DNA from: Leucoraja erinacea
Lineage: Eukaryota
Assembly (NCBI RefSeq): GCF_028641065.1
Contig: NC_073400.1
Coordinates: 31,992,001-32,056,000, forward strand
Length of the DNA stretch: 64,000 nt
Direction: 5' to 3'
The notes below the pieces were generated by a model that worked only from the letters and a program-made list of their open reading frames with translations, did not search any database and was not told where the DNA came from. This document shows, one piece after another, positions 49,412 through 62,800 of this stretch. Position 1 is the first letter of the stretch. Each line of letters begins with the position of its first letter. A program made the translations under genes and the position numbers.

Positions 49412-52400
49412 ATCTAGCGTTACGTTGAAAGAGCAATAAAACTAATTTTGACAGTTGAACTCATTTCATTGGCTAGATCTTTGTGCACTAACACAAAATA
49501 ACGTGAGTATTTCTTGGTGTAATAAGGAACTGCAGATTCTGGATTAGACCAAAGTGCTGGAGTAACACAGCGGGTCAGGCTGGAGAAAATAGATAGGCGA
49601 CTTTTAAGGTCAGGACCCTTCTTCAGTCTGAATTGAGTCATAGTCACACAGCGTGGAAATAGGCCCTTTGGCCCAACTTGCCCACACCATCTATACTAGT
49701 CCCACCTGCCTGGCCCATATCCCTCTAAACCTGTCCTATCCATGTACCTGTCTAAATGTTTCTTAAATATTGCGATAGTACCTGCCTCAACTACATTCTT
49801 GGAAGCCAGCCAGTTCCAACCTTAGTGTGAAAAAGTTACCCTTCAGATTCCGATTAAATCCCCCCCCCCCCACAAACTTAAACCAAAGTCCTCTAGTTCT
49901 CAGTTCCCCTGCTTTGGGCAAGAGACTGTGCGCCTACCCGATCTATTCCTCTCATGATTTTGTACACCCTCATCCTCCTGCGCTCCAAGGAATAGAGTCC
50001 TAGCCTGCTCAACCTCTCCCACTCACCGAACCAAAAAGCTATATAAAATCGACAAAATCATCGTAGCTTTGTACAAAGGAACAATAAATACAACTAGTTC
50101 GTAGTTTGAAAGCAGCATTTGCTTACCCAGAAGAATCAAAGCTGGAAAATACGGATGAAACGAAGGAACAGCTGCTCAGCTACCAACAATGTTTATGGCG
50201 AGTGAACTATGACCTGGGCATGCGCAGTCGCAATACCGAACTTGCTTATTAAACGCCATCAAACATTTCTCAGCCCATCTGGCCAACCGTTCAATGTTAT
50301 GGGGGGGGGGGGGGGGGGGGGGGGAGAGAGAGAACAAAGGGACTGCCTCTGATAGGTAGTTCTCTCCACTGTTGGCCTGCTCTGCAATTTAAAACACTTA
50401 TTTTCTCCATTTATAGTTTTGTTGAGGGGTTCCCGAATGGTAATGTCAAGAATTAAATAAGCTTTCAACCTCCTAAAAGTTCACATTTATTGTTAAGATT
50501 TCCTACAATCTGGAGGTAGGATAAATAACTTTTCCAAATGGGAACAACATGAGAGGTGGTGACTGCCCAAGAATTCAGTTATTGAATGTTATGCAAGTAA
50601 ATATTTCACACACCACAACTTAAAATTGTAGCAAACCAGCTAAAACCATCTTACAGCTGCAGCACAGTGATGGGGGAATGTGGGGGGGGATAAATTACCA
50701 ACCTCATTGCTCCAATAACAGTAAACATTTGCCCTGCAGGTCGCAACGCTCGAAAAACCATCATCTTAATTCATTAAACATATCACTCAGTTCACCAGGC
50801 TTTTCTCACTGTATACAAAATCAACTCCACTTTTTTGGATACTTATGAAAGTTAATTCATCTGATCGTCGGCATATTAATGTATCAAATTGGATCCTGAC
50901 TATTTCATCATACACCTGACACTGAATAATCGACGTGTAAAAAAAAGTTAGAGTATAATTACTCTCCAGACTCAACGTATTTCTTCTTGGTGGATTAATA
51001 TTTTTGAGAATTAGAATTCATACTTACTGAATCGGTTCAAGTTAAACAGAAATGCACGTCATTTCTCATACAAAGGTGACTGTTATTCTACTGAGATACA
51101 AAGGAAAGTATAACAGAAATAAACAAAATATAGAAATATTGTTAGAACAAAGAACACATTTACACTGTTAACAAAATATACCAGGCATATACCAAGATGG
51201 ATTGAAGAAAGACACAAAATGCTGGAGTAACTCAGCGGAACAGGAGAGAAGGAATGGGTGACGTTTCAGGTCAAGACCTGTCTTCACACTAATCTGAAGC
51301 AGGGTTTAGACCCGAAACATCACCCATTCCTTCTCTCCTGAGATGTTGCCTATCCCGCTGAGTTACGCCAGCATTTTGTGTCAATCCTCAGTTTAAACCA
51401 GCATCTGCAGTTCCTTCCTACACGCACCGGATTATTCTATGAAGTCCTTCCAAGTTTTTAAAAATGTATAAACCATGAGATAACTTAAAATTATGATGGA
51501 AATCAAAACCAATACAATGTTATTTTGCAACCGGTACAGTCAATGAGTGAGATCTGCATAGGAAGGCAAACGTTTCAATGAAAACCTATTATTGCCAGCA
51601 CTCTCCCCAAAGTGACTATATTCTCTCCAAGTAGAGAGCCAGAACATTTTTCTCAGGATGGAAATGTCCAAGGCTAAAGGGCATAGCTATAAGGTGAGAG
51701 GAGGAAGTTTAATGGAGATGTACAGGGCAAGTTTTTTGTTTACACAGAGAATGGTGGCCCTGGAATGCATTGCAAGGGTGGTGGTGATGGTGGAAGCAGA
51801 AATGAAATTGGCATATTAGAAGCTTTTAGATACGCTCATGGAAGTGCAAGGAATAGAGGGTTTTGTATCATGGACAGGCAGATGAGATCAGTTTAACTTG
51901 GCATCATGTTCAGCACAAACAATGTGAGCAGAGGGGTCCTTTCCTGCACTCTATGTTCTAAGTGTGATTTATCTGGAGTTAAAATCTAACACTCGCAATA
52001 TCTGAATTTTTTTGAAGCACAATGCATTTTCCTGAAATTGTATTTAAAATAAACCCCATTAAACATAAATAATCTCAGAGAATATAGTTAGTCACTGACG
52101 AGTTGACACTTGCACTTGGTTCAGTCCGAAACACCCCCTGCATTGCAATGTACATTACACAGTAGACTGGCAAACATTTCAATAATATGATTTTACAGGA
52201 CAGCATCTGTGTAACAAAGTTATGACTGCAATCCTTCAAAAGCCAATGCAAAGCAGATGGTCTTCAATTCTGGTCAGAGTATTCTGTGCAGTTTAGAGAT
52301 GTGTTTATTGAAAAATAAAGCCCACTGGAATCAATATTGATAAAGAAGAAACAAATAAATGAACTACGAGTAATTCGCCTAAAGTAGTTGGGATTGGGTG

Positions 52401-52843
52401 GTTATGGTCCATAAGAATGATGACAAGAGAGCAGACACTGGAAAGTGGAACAAAACAGCAGAAGAACTCAGTGGGTCAAGCAGCACGAAGCAGAATCTCA
52501 ACCCGAAATGTCCGCTTACATCCGTTGCCTCCACAAATGCTGCTTGACCTGCTCATTTCTTTCAACATAAGATGGAGGTACTTTGTGAATTCATAATTTG
52601 GACATGAGTATAAAGGGATTAACAATGCAGTTTGTAGAGAGTAGTGATACGAATAGTATAAACGAGGAACTGCAAAAGACAAAGTGCTGGAGTAACTCAG
52701 CTGGTCTGGTAGCATCTCTGGAGAACTTGGATAGGTGATGTTTCAGGTTGGGACCCTTCTTCAGACCGAATGTAAGGGGCGAGGGGAAATAGTCCTAATT
52801 TGCCCAGGGGCCAAGTGCATTTTCAAGAGATATGGATAAGAAT

Positions 52844-52925
<82 letters not shown>
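52844..52925. repeat. Poly-G run (about 82 nt)
   Basis: Homopolymer; its length may be an assembly or sequencing artefact. Confidence 0.8.
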
Positions 52926-52926
<1 letters not shown>

Positions 52927-55715
52927 TGTACTTAAAAGTACCTGAAATTAATGCAGTATAACCGTTAAGATTTTTTTAAAAGAAATGTAATTTTTGCAAT
53001 TTGACTTAAATCTCACATTAGCGGCGAGGCTGTCCACCAGATACAAGGCAAGTGTGAAGTAGCAATTCTACTAGCAACACAATGGCACAGCTGGAAGAGC
53101 CACTGCCTCATAGGACCAGTGGCCCTGGTTCAATCCTGACCTGTGAACATGAATATTTCCTCTCCAGGTGTACCGGTCTCCTCACACTTGTCAAAGACAT
53201 GTGGGTTCTATAAATTGCCCCATGTATAGGTGGCTAATGCAACTTGTGGTCGGTTGAGGGAAGTGTGGGGAAAATAAAATAGGTTTGAGGCTGGATGCAT
53301 AATGGTCAGCACAAACTCAGTGGGCGAAGGGCCTGCTACTGTGCTGCATCGCGACAAACCCCAATTAAACCAATTGAATTTGGCTAGATGCTGCAGAAAA
53401 TGAGGCTTTAGATTGACAGATTTAAAATCTCTAAAAGAGTAACTCAAGGATGATTAGGATCGTAAAATGCAAAAGCTCTTTTTACAAGACCCAGACACTG
53501 ATGCACGTAATCGAAAGATTAATTCTTAATTTCAGTAGTCTGCAGGTTGCAATTGCAATCACAGCAAGGCATAGCCAGGCTTTGGAGAGTGGACAGAGGA
53601 AATACAAATACAAAGAGGCCCAAATAGCTTTCATCACAAAAATTCATATTAAAAAAGTATTTAACATTACAGTAGGATGAAACAGCAGATAGACAGAACA
53701 GTTTCTGACAGAATGCCACCAATACAAAATTAAATACAAGACATGCAGTGGTGAGAACAAACAACTTTCATTTCTTCATCATACTGCTAAGGAATCACTC
53801 AAGAACAGTAATGCAGGCAAAACTAAATCAAAATTTAAAACTTTAGAGATGGTGGAACAGGGCAGCGAATGTGATTATTTATTTACTAAGAGATAAATGC
53901 CAACATGAACCATTGAGCCAAATGACCATATTTTCTTGTAACTTCCATGTATTTACTACATTTCTACCACTATTTACTCCAGCTCAAAGCTTTCTCATCC
54001 GCTCCAGATGTCCCAGGTCTATCTCCCTATCGCTTCCCACTACTCCTGGGCAACTTTGAACATACTAAATATTTCACAATGGGGGATTTGCATTATTAAT
54101 CGAAATCAATACCCGAACTTGAGTCCATTAGCTCAACCTGACAGAGGCGGGAAAATAAGGATTTCCTGCCACAGTGAAGAGAAGAACGTCCAGAAATTAG
54201 AGCTATTGCAGTGAAATTCAACAAGTACTTCAAAAGGATTTTTTTTTTACAATTTGAGGTAACAGAGAAAGTAGACAATGGCAATAAAGAAGATACACTT
54301 TACCGTAAATTTCAAAAAATCTTCGGTAAGCTACAGCATAATGAATCAATGAACAAAGTCAGAGATTGAGAAATCGAGGACAGGCAGCGCGATGGATTGC
54401 TAGCTAACTTCAGGACAGAGAGAAAGAGTAATTGCATGATGTAGAAACAAGGAACTGCAGATGCTGGTTTACACAACAGGAGACAAAGTGCTGGAGCAAC
54501 TCAGCCGGTCAGGCAGCATTGCAAAGGTTAGTTATTCAGTGGAAGGTGGAATACTTGGACCCTGCTGTTGACGATTTACATCGAGAATTTAGACTCTGAA
54601 TTCAAAGACACTGTTTCTAAATCTGATTGATATCAAGTTGATTACATATCCAATGCTGAGAAAGACTGCAAGAGTGTACGAGTAAACATGGAAAATAAGT
54701 TCCAACGATATAAACGTAAGTATCTATAGGCAGGTCACTTACTCCCCCAAAGATACTAGTCTCTAAGTGGGGTATAGTTTTGGTATTCAATAAGAATAGC
54801 ACCGCAGCTTAGCAACACCCTAAAGTAAAAAAGCAAACAAGTGAAAAGGGTTTTGTTTGACAGACGGAGGATTTAAGAGTAGTGAGGTTTTGCCGAACCC
54901 GCGTGAAACCTTGGTCAGACTACATTTAAAGTACTATGTACAGTTCTTGTCATATTATTAAAAAGGGTTTGAGGCACTGGAAGATTACAGAGAACATTTA
55001 CAAGACTACCAGAAAGGTGAAGGAATATATATCAGCAAAGGAAGTGTAAACTGGACCGCATTTCTCACGAAAAAAGGTTGAGAGGTGACCAAATGAAAAG
55101 GTTTTTTGTTTAATTCTGAAATACTTTGGATAGAGAATATGATTTTGCCACTAAGAAGAACTAATGGTCAACGCTACAATAACACCAACAGGGAATTTAA
55201 AAAAGTCTTCTGTACCAAAAGAGTGGTGGGAATGCAGAACTCGCTACTGTCGGGAGAATCAGAAGTGTACAGTATAGATGTTGAGAGATTTAATAAGACA
55301 AGAAAAGATTTAAGTGAAACATAAACACAAGCATGGTCTGATCAGGCTGAATGGCCTGTTTTCTGTGCAGTTGTAAATAAACTGTTGGTAGAGACCTAGC
55401 ACTCGACATTCCCAGCCTATATTTAAGGACCTGGACAGCAGGTGCCGACTTAGACGTAAAATAATTATGGAGCATGTTCATGAAAATCATCAACATTACA
55501 CAATTGATCTTATAACAGAGGCATTATTGGCTGCGTGCCTTTAAAGATGATTTGAAAATCTATTCAGCTGGAATTCTGTGTAGAAGATGCTAGACTGAGT
55601 CATCACTGTAGACATATTTACAAGATATTCAGTGTGTATATTCATTTACAAGATATTCAATGGTTTTACTATATATAACATATTGTCCAAAATGACAAAA
55701 TCAACACACATACCA

Positions 55716-58700
55716 TCAAAACTGGTACTTTCTATCCTTTTCTTGTTTTCTGCCAAAATATTTTTCTGGACTGTAATCTTGTCCTTTTCCACTCTTTTCA
55801 CAATAACCACTCCAAGAGTCTATATTTCTAGAAGGGTATCTGGTAGAGTCACAAGCACTTTCTTGGCCAAAGCTGTCTCTGTGATCTTGGCTTCTGTCTG
55901 AGTGGTGATCTTCATGAGGAGAATATTCACAACGAAGCCTTTGATGGGGTTTTTGCCTATCTTGATTATAATCCATTTTATTCTCTTGATAATGGCCATC
56001 ACTGGAACACGGACTCCTGGAACGTTCTCTCACCGATCCACTTCTCTCCCCAGATCTGCGATTTTCTCTGTGCGTTGAATATTCATGCTCCCTTATGGAG
56101 ACATAAGATGCAATCTCATTTGTACAAACCATTTACTGTATTTATATGCCTGAACATTTTAGTTTAGTTTACTTTACAGATACAGCTTAGAAACAGGCCC
56201 TTCGGCCCACCCAGTCCGCGCCGACCAGCGACCCCCGCACATAAACACTATCCTACACACACTAGGGACAATTTTACACTAATACCACGTCAATTTACCT
56301 ACATGCCTGCACGTCTTTGTAGTGTGGGAGGTAATCGAAGATCTCAGTGAAAACCTACGTGGTCACAGGGAGAATGTACAAACCCCGTATAGACAGCACC
56401 GGTAGTTGGGATCGAACCCGGGTCTCCGGTGCTGCAAGTGCTGTAAGGCAGCAACTCTACCGCTGCGGCAACGTGCCACCCTTTCTTTCTTTTCTTTCAT
56501 ACTTTTTCATGACTTTCATACACTTGGCAAATTACCAGGATGCACATCTTTAATCACTGATTTTTACCAAGCTATGGACAATAAAATTCAGTTCAAATAT
56601 AAAAAGAAAATTTAATAAACAATGTGTATTCTACAAGAAATATAAATTACCGTAATCCTGAAGAAACCTTTTTAGTTTCTCCCTCCTGCCGCTGATTTGC
56701 AGGACAATTTAACGTTTCGTTGTCCTCATCGTTTGCAACTGATTTTGACTTTTTAACGAAAGAAACAAGCCGAAGGAGACTCCCAAAATCTTCCGATGAG
56801 TCATCTGAAATAGAGTGGCAAAAACGTTCTCAGAAACTATTTATTGATTCACGTTTGAACAAAAAAATTATGGATATGAAAACATGAGGCAGAGGTTCGC
56901 CTGCACCTCCTCCAACCTCATCTATTGCTCTATTAAAGGCCATTTTTATACATTTTGGTTTCACCATGTAGAAATTACAGCTGTGTTTATACAGAGTCCC
57001 CCATTTCTTGGCGATCGCTTCGTTCGCATTAACCTACCTGATCTCCTGGTGGCCCCAGCACTTCAACTCCCCCTCCCATTCCAAATCCGAACTTTCTGTC
57101 CTGGGCCTCCTCCATGGCAACTTTCATTTACACGGCATTGCTGTGTCCCAACCATTTTGGTGCCCTGAAATGGGGGAACTATGTATAAACACTGCTGTAA
57201 TTTCTACACGGTGAAACCAAAATGTATAAAAATTAAAATCTGACAATGTGCACTTTAACCACATGTGATTTTTTTTTTCTATTACAAATCTCAAATTGTG
57301 GAATACAGAGGCAAATAAATAAATGACGGGTCTTTGTCCCAAACATTATGGAGGGCACTGTATATACCTAGCATTATCCTTGTTTTCAGATCTGCAGCAT
57401 CTGTAGTTTTTTGTTTTAGGTTAGTATTTAGTTGATTGAGAACTTACCTTTGCTCTTGTTATTACTGGTTAAAATAAGCTCTTTTGTCTCGAGTTCTTTT
57501 GTGATCGGCCTGCTTTGAAGTGTTACCTGAAGATCTGCTTCCCTGTGAAATAAACAGCCTTAAATTAGCAGGATTTGAGAGTTCAATTTGCAGCAGGGTA
57601 AGTGGTGCAGGATCCGAAATGCTGGACTGAGGGTGCAAGTTGTTTATTGAAAATCTGCCTCCCTATGATATCTCAAGACATCAATAGAAATACTTACAAG
57701 TTATGAAAAAGAACTTGGTCTGGATAATTAACAAGGTCGTAAAAATGTACAGGTTACAGGATAAATGCTGATGTGCACTGAATCACCAGGTTACAGGGCA
57801 TGCAGAATTTATTGAGATCTCCATGGCCAGGCAAGATTGTAGTCTAGTTGTAAAATCGTGCCACCTCACATTTACGGTGGAACAGCAAAATGGTAATTTC
57901 TCCCATGCTCTCCGTCAAAACATGCATGCATAATTGGCAACAGGTAACAGAAATAAATCCACGAGTGGGTTCAAACTGGAACCATCACCAGGTTTTCATT
58001 CAAATTTAGATTTTCATCCATTTTCTCAAGCTCTTTTAACACTTCATCATTAAAATCTTCCATAACTTGTGCAATGATTGAACTTTGGTTTAGCGAGTTT
58101 CTCACAGGTGCTCTATCCGGTTTCCTCCTCCATCCCAAGACGTACAAGTTTGTATGTTGATTGGCCTTTGTAAATTGCCTTATGTGTAAGGAGTGAATGT
58201 GAAAGTGGGATAACATAGAACCAGTGTGAATGGGTGATCGATGGGAGTCGTGGACTCAATGGGCTGAAGGGCATTTCCATGCTGTATCCTTCAATCAAAT
58301 CTGCAAAATACTGAATCAACTATTGAAAACATGCTCTAGGTACACTTTGTGATTTACAAAATATATTCATCTTAACAAAAGGAAAATTATAGATGAACAA
58401 TTAAATGCTGCCTCAGTTGTGAAGCCCACATCCCCGAATAAACAAGAGAAATATGCAAGAATAAAAGTCATTTTTACAATGTCACAACCTGTAAAGCCAA
58501 TGTTTATGCAAAAATAACCATGTTACCTGAACAGGGAGTGGCTTTGTAATTGCTTAACAATCTTTAAAAGTACCACAGTTCTCTATTAAATGAAATTAAT
58601 TCAATTAAACCAATTGTGCAAAAAGATTTTGAACTTAAATAGATAAATTTGCAAATTCTCACCTTCCAGGTATTCTGTAATCTTGATAGCATGGATTAAA

Positions 58701-59852
58701 CATAGGTGGGGGTTTCTGGTGCTCCATAGCAGAGAGGCTGGTGATGAATGGTGGATAGAAGGTTGCAGGAACTCCACAAACCGTTTGCAATGTCTGAATG
58801 TGTCTGTATTCACCAATACCTAGGGCTGGGTTCCCAGGAGTAGAAACGCCCAGCGAAATGAAATCTTGCATCACAAAGTTTGGAGAAATAGTAGAACCAG
58901 GTTGGAGTCTGTGGTCAATGGGTGAACCCATCGGCTGCACGAAAGGTGAAAGGATTTGGTCTTCAACCGTAGGATCATCTGTCATTGAAAAGAAATGTTA
59001 ATGTGACACCATGCAATTATGCTAGATCTGCAGTGAAATCTATTCTTTCTCAAAGAAAATGTTTTGCAGGATCTATATAAAAAGTGAACTAAATATAACC
59101 TCAAATAGTTAATCATTTTTCACCCAGACTTTGGATAAAGAAATTTGCGAGATCTTTCTAGTGTATGGAAATGTTCCAGGTTTCAGATGAATATGGATAT
59201 CGTACATAAATCCCCAAATCATCAAATAAACATCTCAGTTGATCAAAACACCCAACATCCACCAATTAATCCAGCACAATGACAAACATACCCAATGCCA
59301 TCACTTCTTTAGTTTACAAAGAAATTAATTCATTTTTCCTCAGGTACAAGCTGGGCCCATTAGTGGAACCATTAAAAACACTTCATTGAAATTAAAGCCA
59401 CCAAAAGCTAAGCCGTTGTTAAACAAATGGTTAAAATTTAAAATATAATTCCATTTATGGTTATAGACGAAATAGCCAGGAATATGGCTAATGACGTAAA
59501 GGTGGTAGGGAAAAGGATTATTTGCACTTTATAGCATGTGTATTAACAGCATGCCAATAAAACCCATAGTAAATGCTGATAATCAAAATAATGACCTCCA
59601 GGTAATGTGATGGAGGAAACCCACAACTTGTTGAACCCAAACCCAACAATATCTTCGAGAGAAGAGCAAAATGTAATCAAAACAGATGAAAATGTTAAGC
59701 TTGGTCATGCAAGGTAGCATACATCAGTTGCAGGTAGGGTTAAACACACCTTGAACCATCTCTTTTGAAGAATCAAATGCAGATTCGTTGTCATTTCCGT
59801 CATAACCTTCAAAAATGTCATTCTCTGCTGAATGCAACTTGGATTTTTCCAT
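55716..59852 (-). CDS. Uncharacterised low-complexity protein (Pro-rich middle, Arg/Ser/Asp-rich C-terminus), at least 347 aa, 5 exons; 5' end uncertain
   Basis: Exons 59750-59854, 58663-58978, 57448-57542, 56651-56804 and 55716-56091 have GT-AG ends, and their phases (1,2,1,2) chain into one stop-free frame. No recognisable domain. Confidence 0.65.
56884..57120 (+). mobile_element. Penelope-like GIY-YIG fragments
   Basis: 'RQRFACTSSNLIYC' and 'HFNSPSHSKSELSVLGLLH'. Confidence 0.65.
57125..57362 (-). mobile_element. Tc1/mariner-type terminal fragment
   Basis: Ends in ...TTTGTCCCAAACATTATGGAGGGCACTG-TA (CAGTG-type TIR with TA target); partial inverted copy at about 56940-57005. Confidence 0.65.
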
Positions 59853-62800
59853 TGCTGCAAGACAAAGAATATTGTGCTGATTTAACATTTGCAGTGGACA
59901 GATGCAATGCAATAATTTACTAATTTCCAAGTATTAAAACTAGCAATCCAAAATGAACTCCACTTTCTCGTTGTAAAAACAAAGAATTGCAAATGCCGAT
60001 TAGTACATAAAAGGACACAATGCTGGACTAATGTTTTGATATGTGTCTGCTTACGATATAGGTAAAACTTGCACATATTAGACGGTGAAAGATGGCTCAT
60101 GTCACACTCGTATTGGAATCAAAGTCAGGAACGATTTATTTCCAAGTCAAAGGTCACTGACCCGATTTACATAATTATATGTGCGAGTGTGAGTACAGCT
60201 CATATGCATAAATTACATGGATATTGACACAACTAAGTCAACAGGTCAGTCTGAAGAAGGATCTCGACCCGAAGCATCACCTATCCATGTTCTTCAGAGA
60301 TGCTGCCTGACCTGCTGACCTGTCCTTCTGTCCATTTTCTCGTTCTCTCTTTAGGCTAGTTTTCACTTAAAATACTCTGTCTAAATTATGCTGAGAAAAA
60401 ATTCAATGTTTACTCCAAAAATAACCCATCAATTAAGCATTTCAATCAGATCTCAATTTAATCTTTGGGCAATGATAGACACAAAATGCTGGAGTAGTAA
60501 CTCAGCGGGACAGGCAGCATCTCTGGAGAGAAGGAATGGGGGGGGGCGTTTCAGGTCGAGAACTTTCTTCATCTTGGGGCATATCTATAATATTTTGCAT
60601 TTAAAATGCAAAATGTGTTTTTTTCTTCAAAACTACTCATTCTATTTAAACAAATGGTACAAATGAAACTGAAGGCAAGAGGCAGTTCCAGATATTCAAT
60701 GGGCCCCAACCTCACAGGGCTTTGATTAGACATGGAGATATTTATTGGGTGGGTTAGAGAGTCGAGATTTGCCAGCTCTGAAAGCCGTTCTGTGCCTCCA
60801 GCGACCACCTGAGCTCAGATAGCCTCTACGCTGCTCAGAAGGTGGGAGTTTGCACACAACTCTGCCAGGTTCCTCGCTGAAACAAACAAACAGAAGCACT
60901 TGGCCAGCAATTTAGTGCCAATTCTCTCACCACTAACATTTACTCATTTTTCCTGGGTAATGAGTCCTCATGCCTCACTGATTCATTATTTTTCCAACTT
61001 AGCACCCCTTACCTTTGTCCTCATTATCCAGTCATATTTACAGCACAGATGCGTTGTGGTAATTGTTTATCAACTGGTCTCCAACTCCCCTAGGCGATGC
61101 TTGTTTTCAAGACCAAAACCAAACAGATTCGATAAAAGCACGTTCCCATTCTGGTTATGTTTACTACCTTTATACAAATCCAAACTTGACTGCTCCAATT
61201 TATTACCCTGAACTTGCTCCAATCCGTCATTAATCGTTTAAATAGTCTGTTAAGGAGAGAATATTGACTTTTCACTTTTACTCCTTAACAGGACTCTATT
61301 CAAATCTAATCCTTACCCTCGGTGTTATGACTGAATAATGTCACTCCTTGTTCTTGTTCTTTCTCTCAATCACACAATATTCCCAGTTGTTACGCTTCAC
61401 AGGAATAAAATTCACCATCCTATTTGAATTTAGGTCAGGTCATAGGGTAGCTCAGTGGGGTAGCTGCTGGAGCTGCTGCCTCAGTGCCAGAGACTAAGTT
61501 TGATCCTGACCTCAGGTGCTGCCTGTCTGGAGTCTCCCTGTAAATGCGGGGTTTCCTCCGGATACTCCCGTTTCCTCCCACATTCCAAAGACTGGCGCAT
61601 TTGTTGATTAATTCGCCTCTGTAAATTACCCCTAATAAGCAGGGTGTGAATGAGAATGTGGGATGACATAGAACTAGTGTGAACGGGTGATTGGTCAGCG
61701 TGGCTCCGTGGGCCGAAGGGCCTGTTTCCATGCTGTATCTCTAAACGCATCCCTTTATAATTACTACCACTTTCAGATAGACCACCAGGGGGCGGCGCAC
61801 GATGGCAGCCTCGCCAACCGTCTGTCTGTCTTTTCGTCTTTTTTTATGTGTTTTAAAAGTTTGTGTTAATGTTCTTTGGTTTGTTTTATGTGGAGGGTGG
61901 GGGAGGGGGTCGGGGGGAAACTTTTTTCAATCTCTTACCTTGCCGGAGCTGCGATTGTTTTCCGGATCGTATCTCCGGTCGTTCTGCAGCCTAACATCAT
62001 GGAAACATAGAAAAATAGAAAATAGGTGCAGGAGGAGGCCATTCAGCCCTTCGAGCCAGCAACGCCATTCATTGTGATCATGGCTGATCGTGGGCCATGA
62101 TCAGCCATGGAGCTGGAGGCCTTGTTCGGGACTGACATTGAGCCCCACAGCGGCAATGTGGACCTACCATCGGAGTCCATCCCTTGCCTGGGATCGATGC
62201 TCCAACCACGGCCTGCGGATGTCACCATCGAGGAGCTCACAGTCTTGGGTAGATACCGAGTCGGGAAGCTCCAAAGTCGCAGAAGGTTCGTCCAACCCCG
62301 ACCAGGGGTCGATTGCCCGGCGCCGGGAGCTGATGCAGGAGCTGATCGCCCCAACGCGGAGGCCCGCTGCCGGCTGCGGGAGCCAAGATCGTCCCGTCAA
62401 CAGAAGGCTCGAGGCCTTCGACCGCAACCGCAGGAGAACAAAGAAGGGAAGGGATTTAACTTTTTTTCACCTTCCACCACAGTGAGGAATGTGGAGGAGT
62501 CACTGTAGTGGATGTTCATGTTAAAATGTTTTTTTTGTGTTTTGTTGGTTTTTCATGGTATGGCAAGTCAAATTCCTCGTATGTTGCAAAATATACTTGA
62601 CTAATAAAAGTATGATTATTATGATCATGATTATTATGTTTTGCAAGTTAAACACATACAGATATAGTGCTCACGTTAATGGACAGATATCCTGAGAGCT
62701 GGATCAGAGAGTGAGAATTCTACCACAGCATTTCACAAGCTATAGGAGTAGTATTAGGCCATTCAGCCCATCGAGTCTACTCCGCCATTTACCCATGGCT

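Noticed and set aside
52844-52925. 82-nt poly-G as a functional G-quadruplex element
   Set aside because: Pure homopolymers of this length are commonly sequencing or assembly artefacts, and I cannot verify it without reads.
57990-58083. Acidic helical peptide (SIIAQVMEDFNDEVLKELEKMDE) as an extra exon of the orphan gene
   Set aside because: The available donor gives phase 0 but the next exon needs phase 2, and read-through hits a stop. The flanking exons already join in frame without it.
60661-61250. Additional upstream coding exons of the minus-strand orphan gene
   Set aside because: Splice-like signals exist, but the frames contain stops or need weak donors, so I could not support them as coding.
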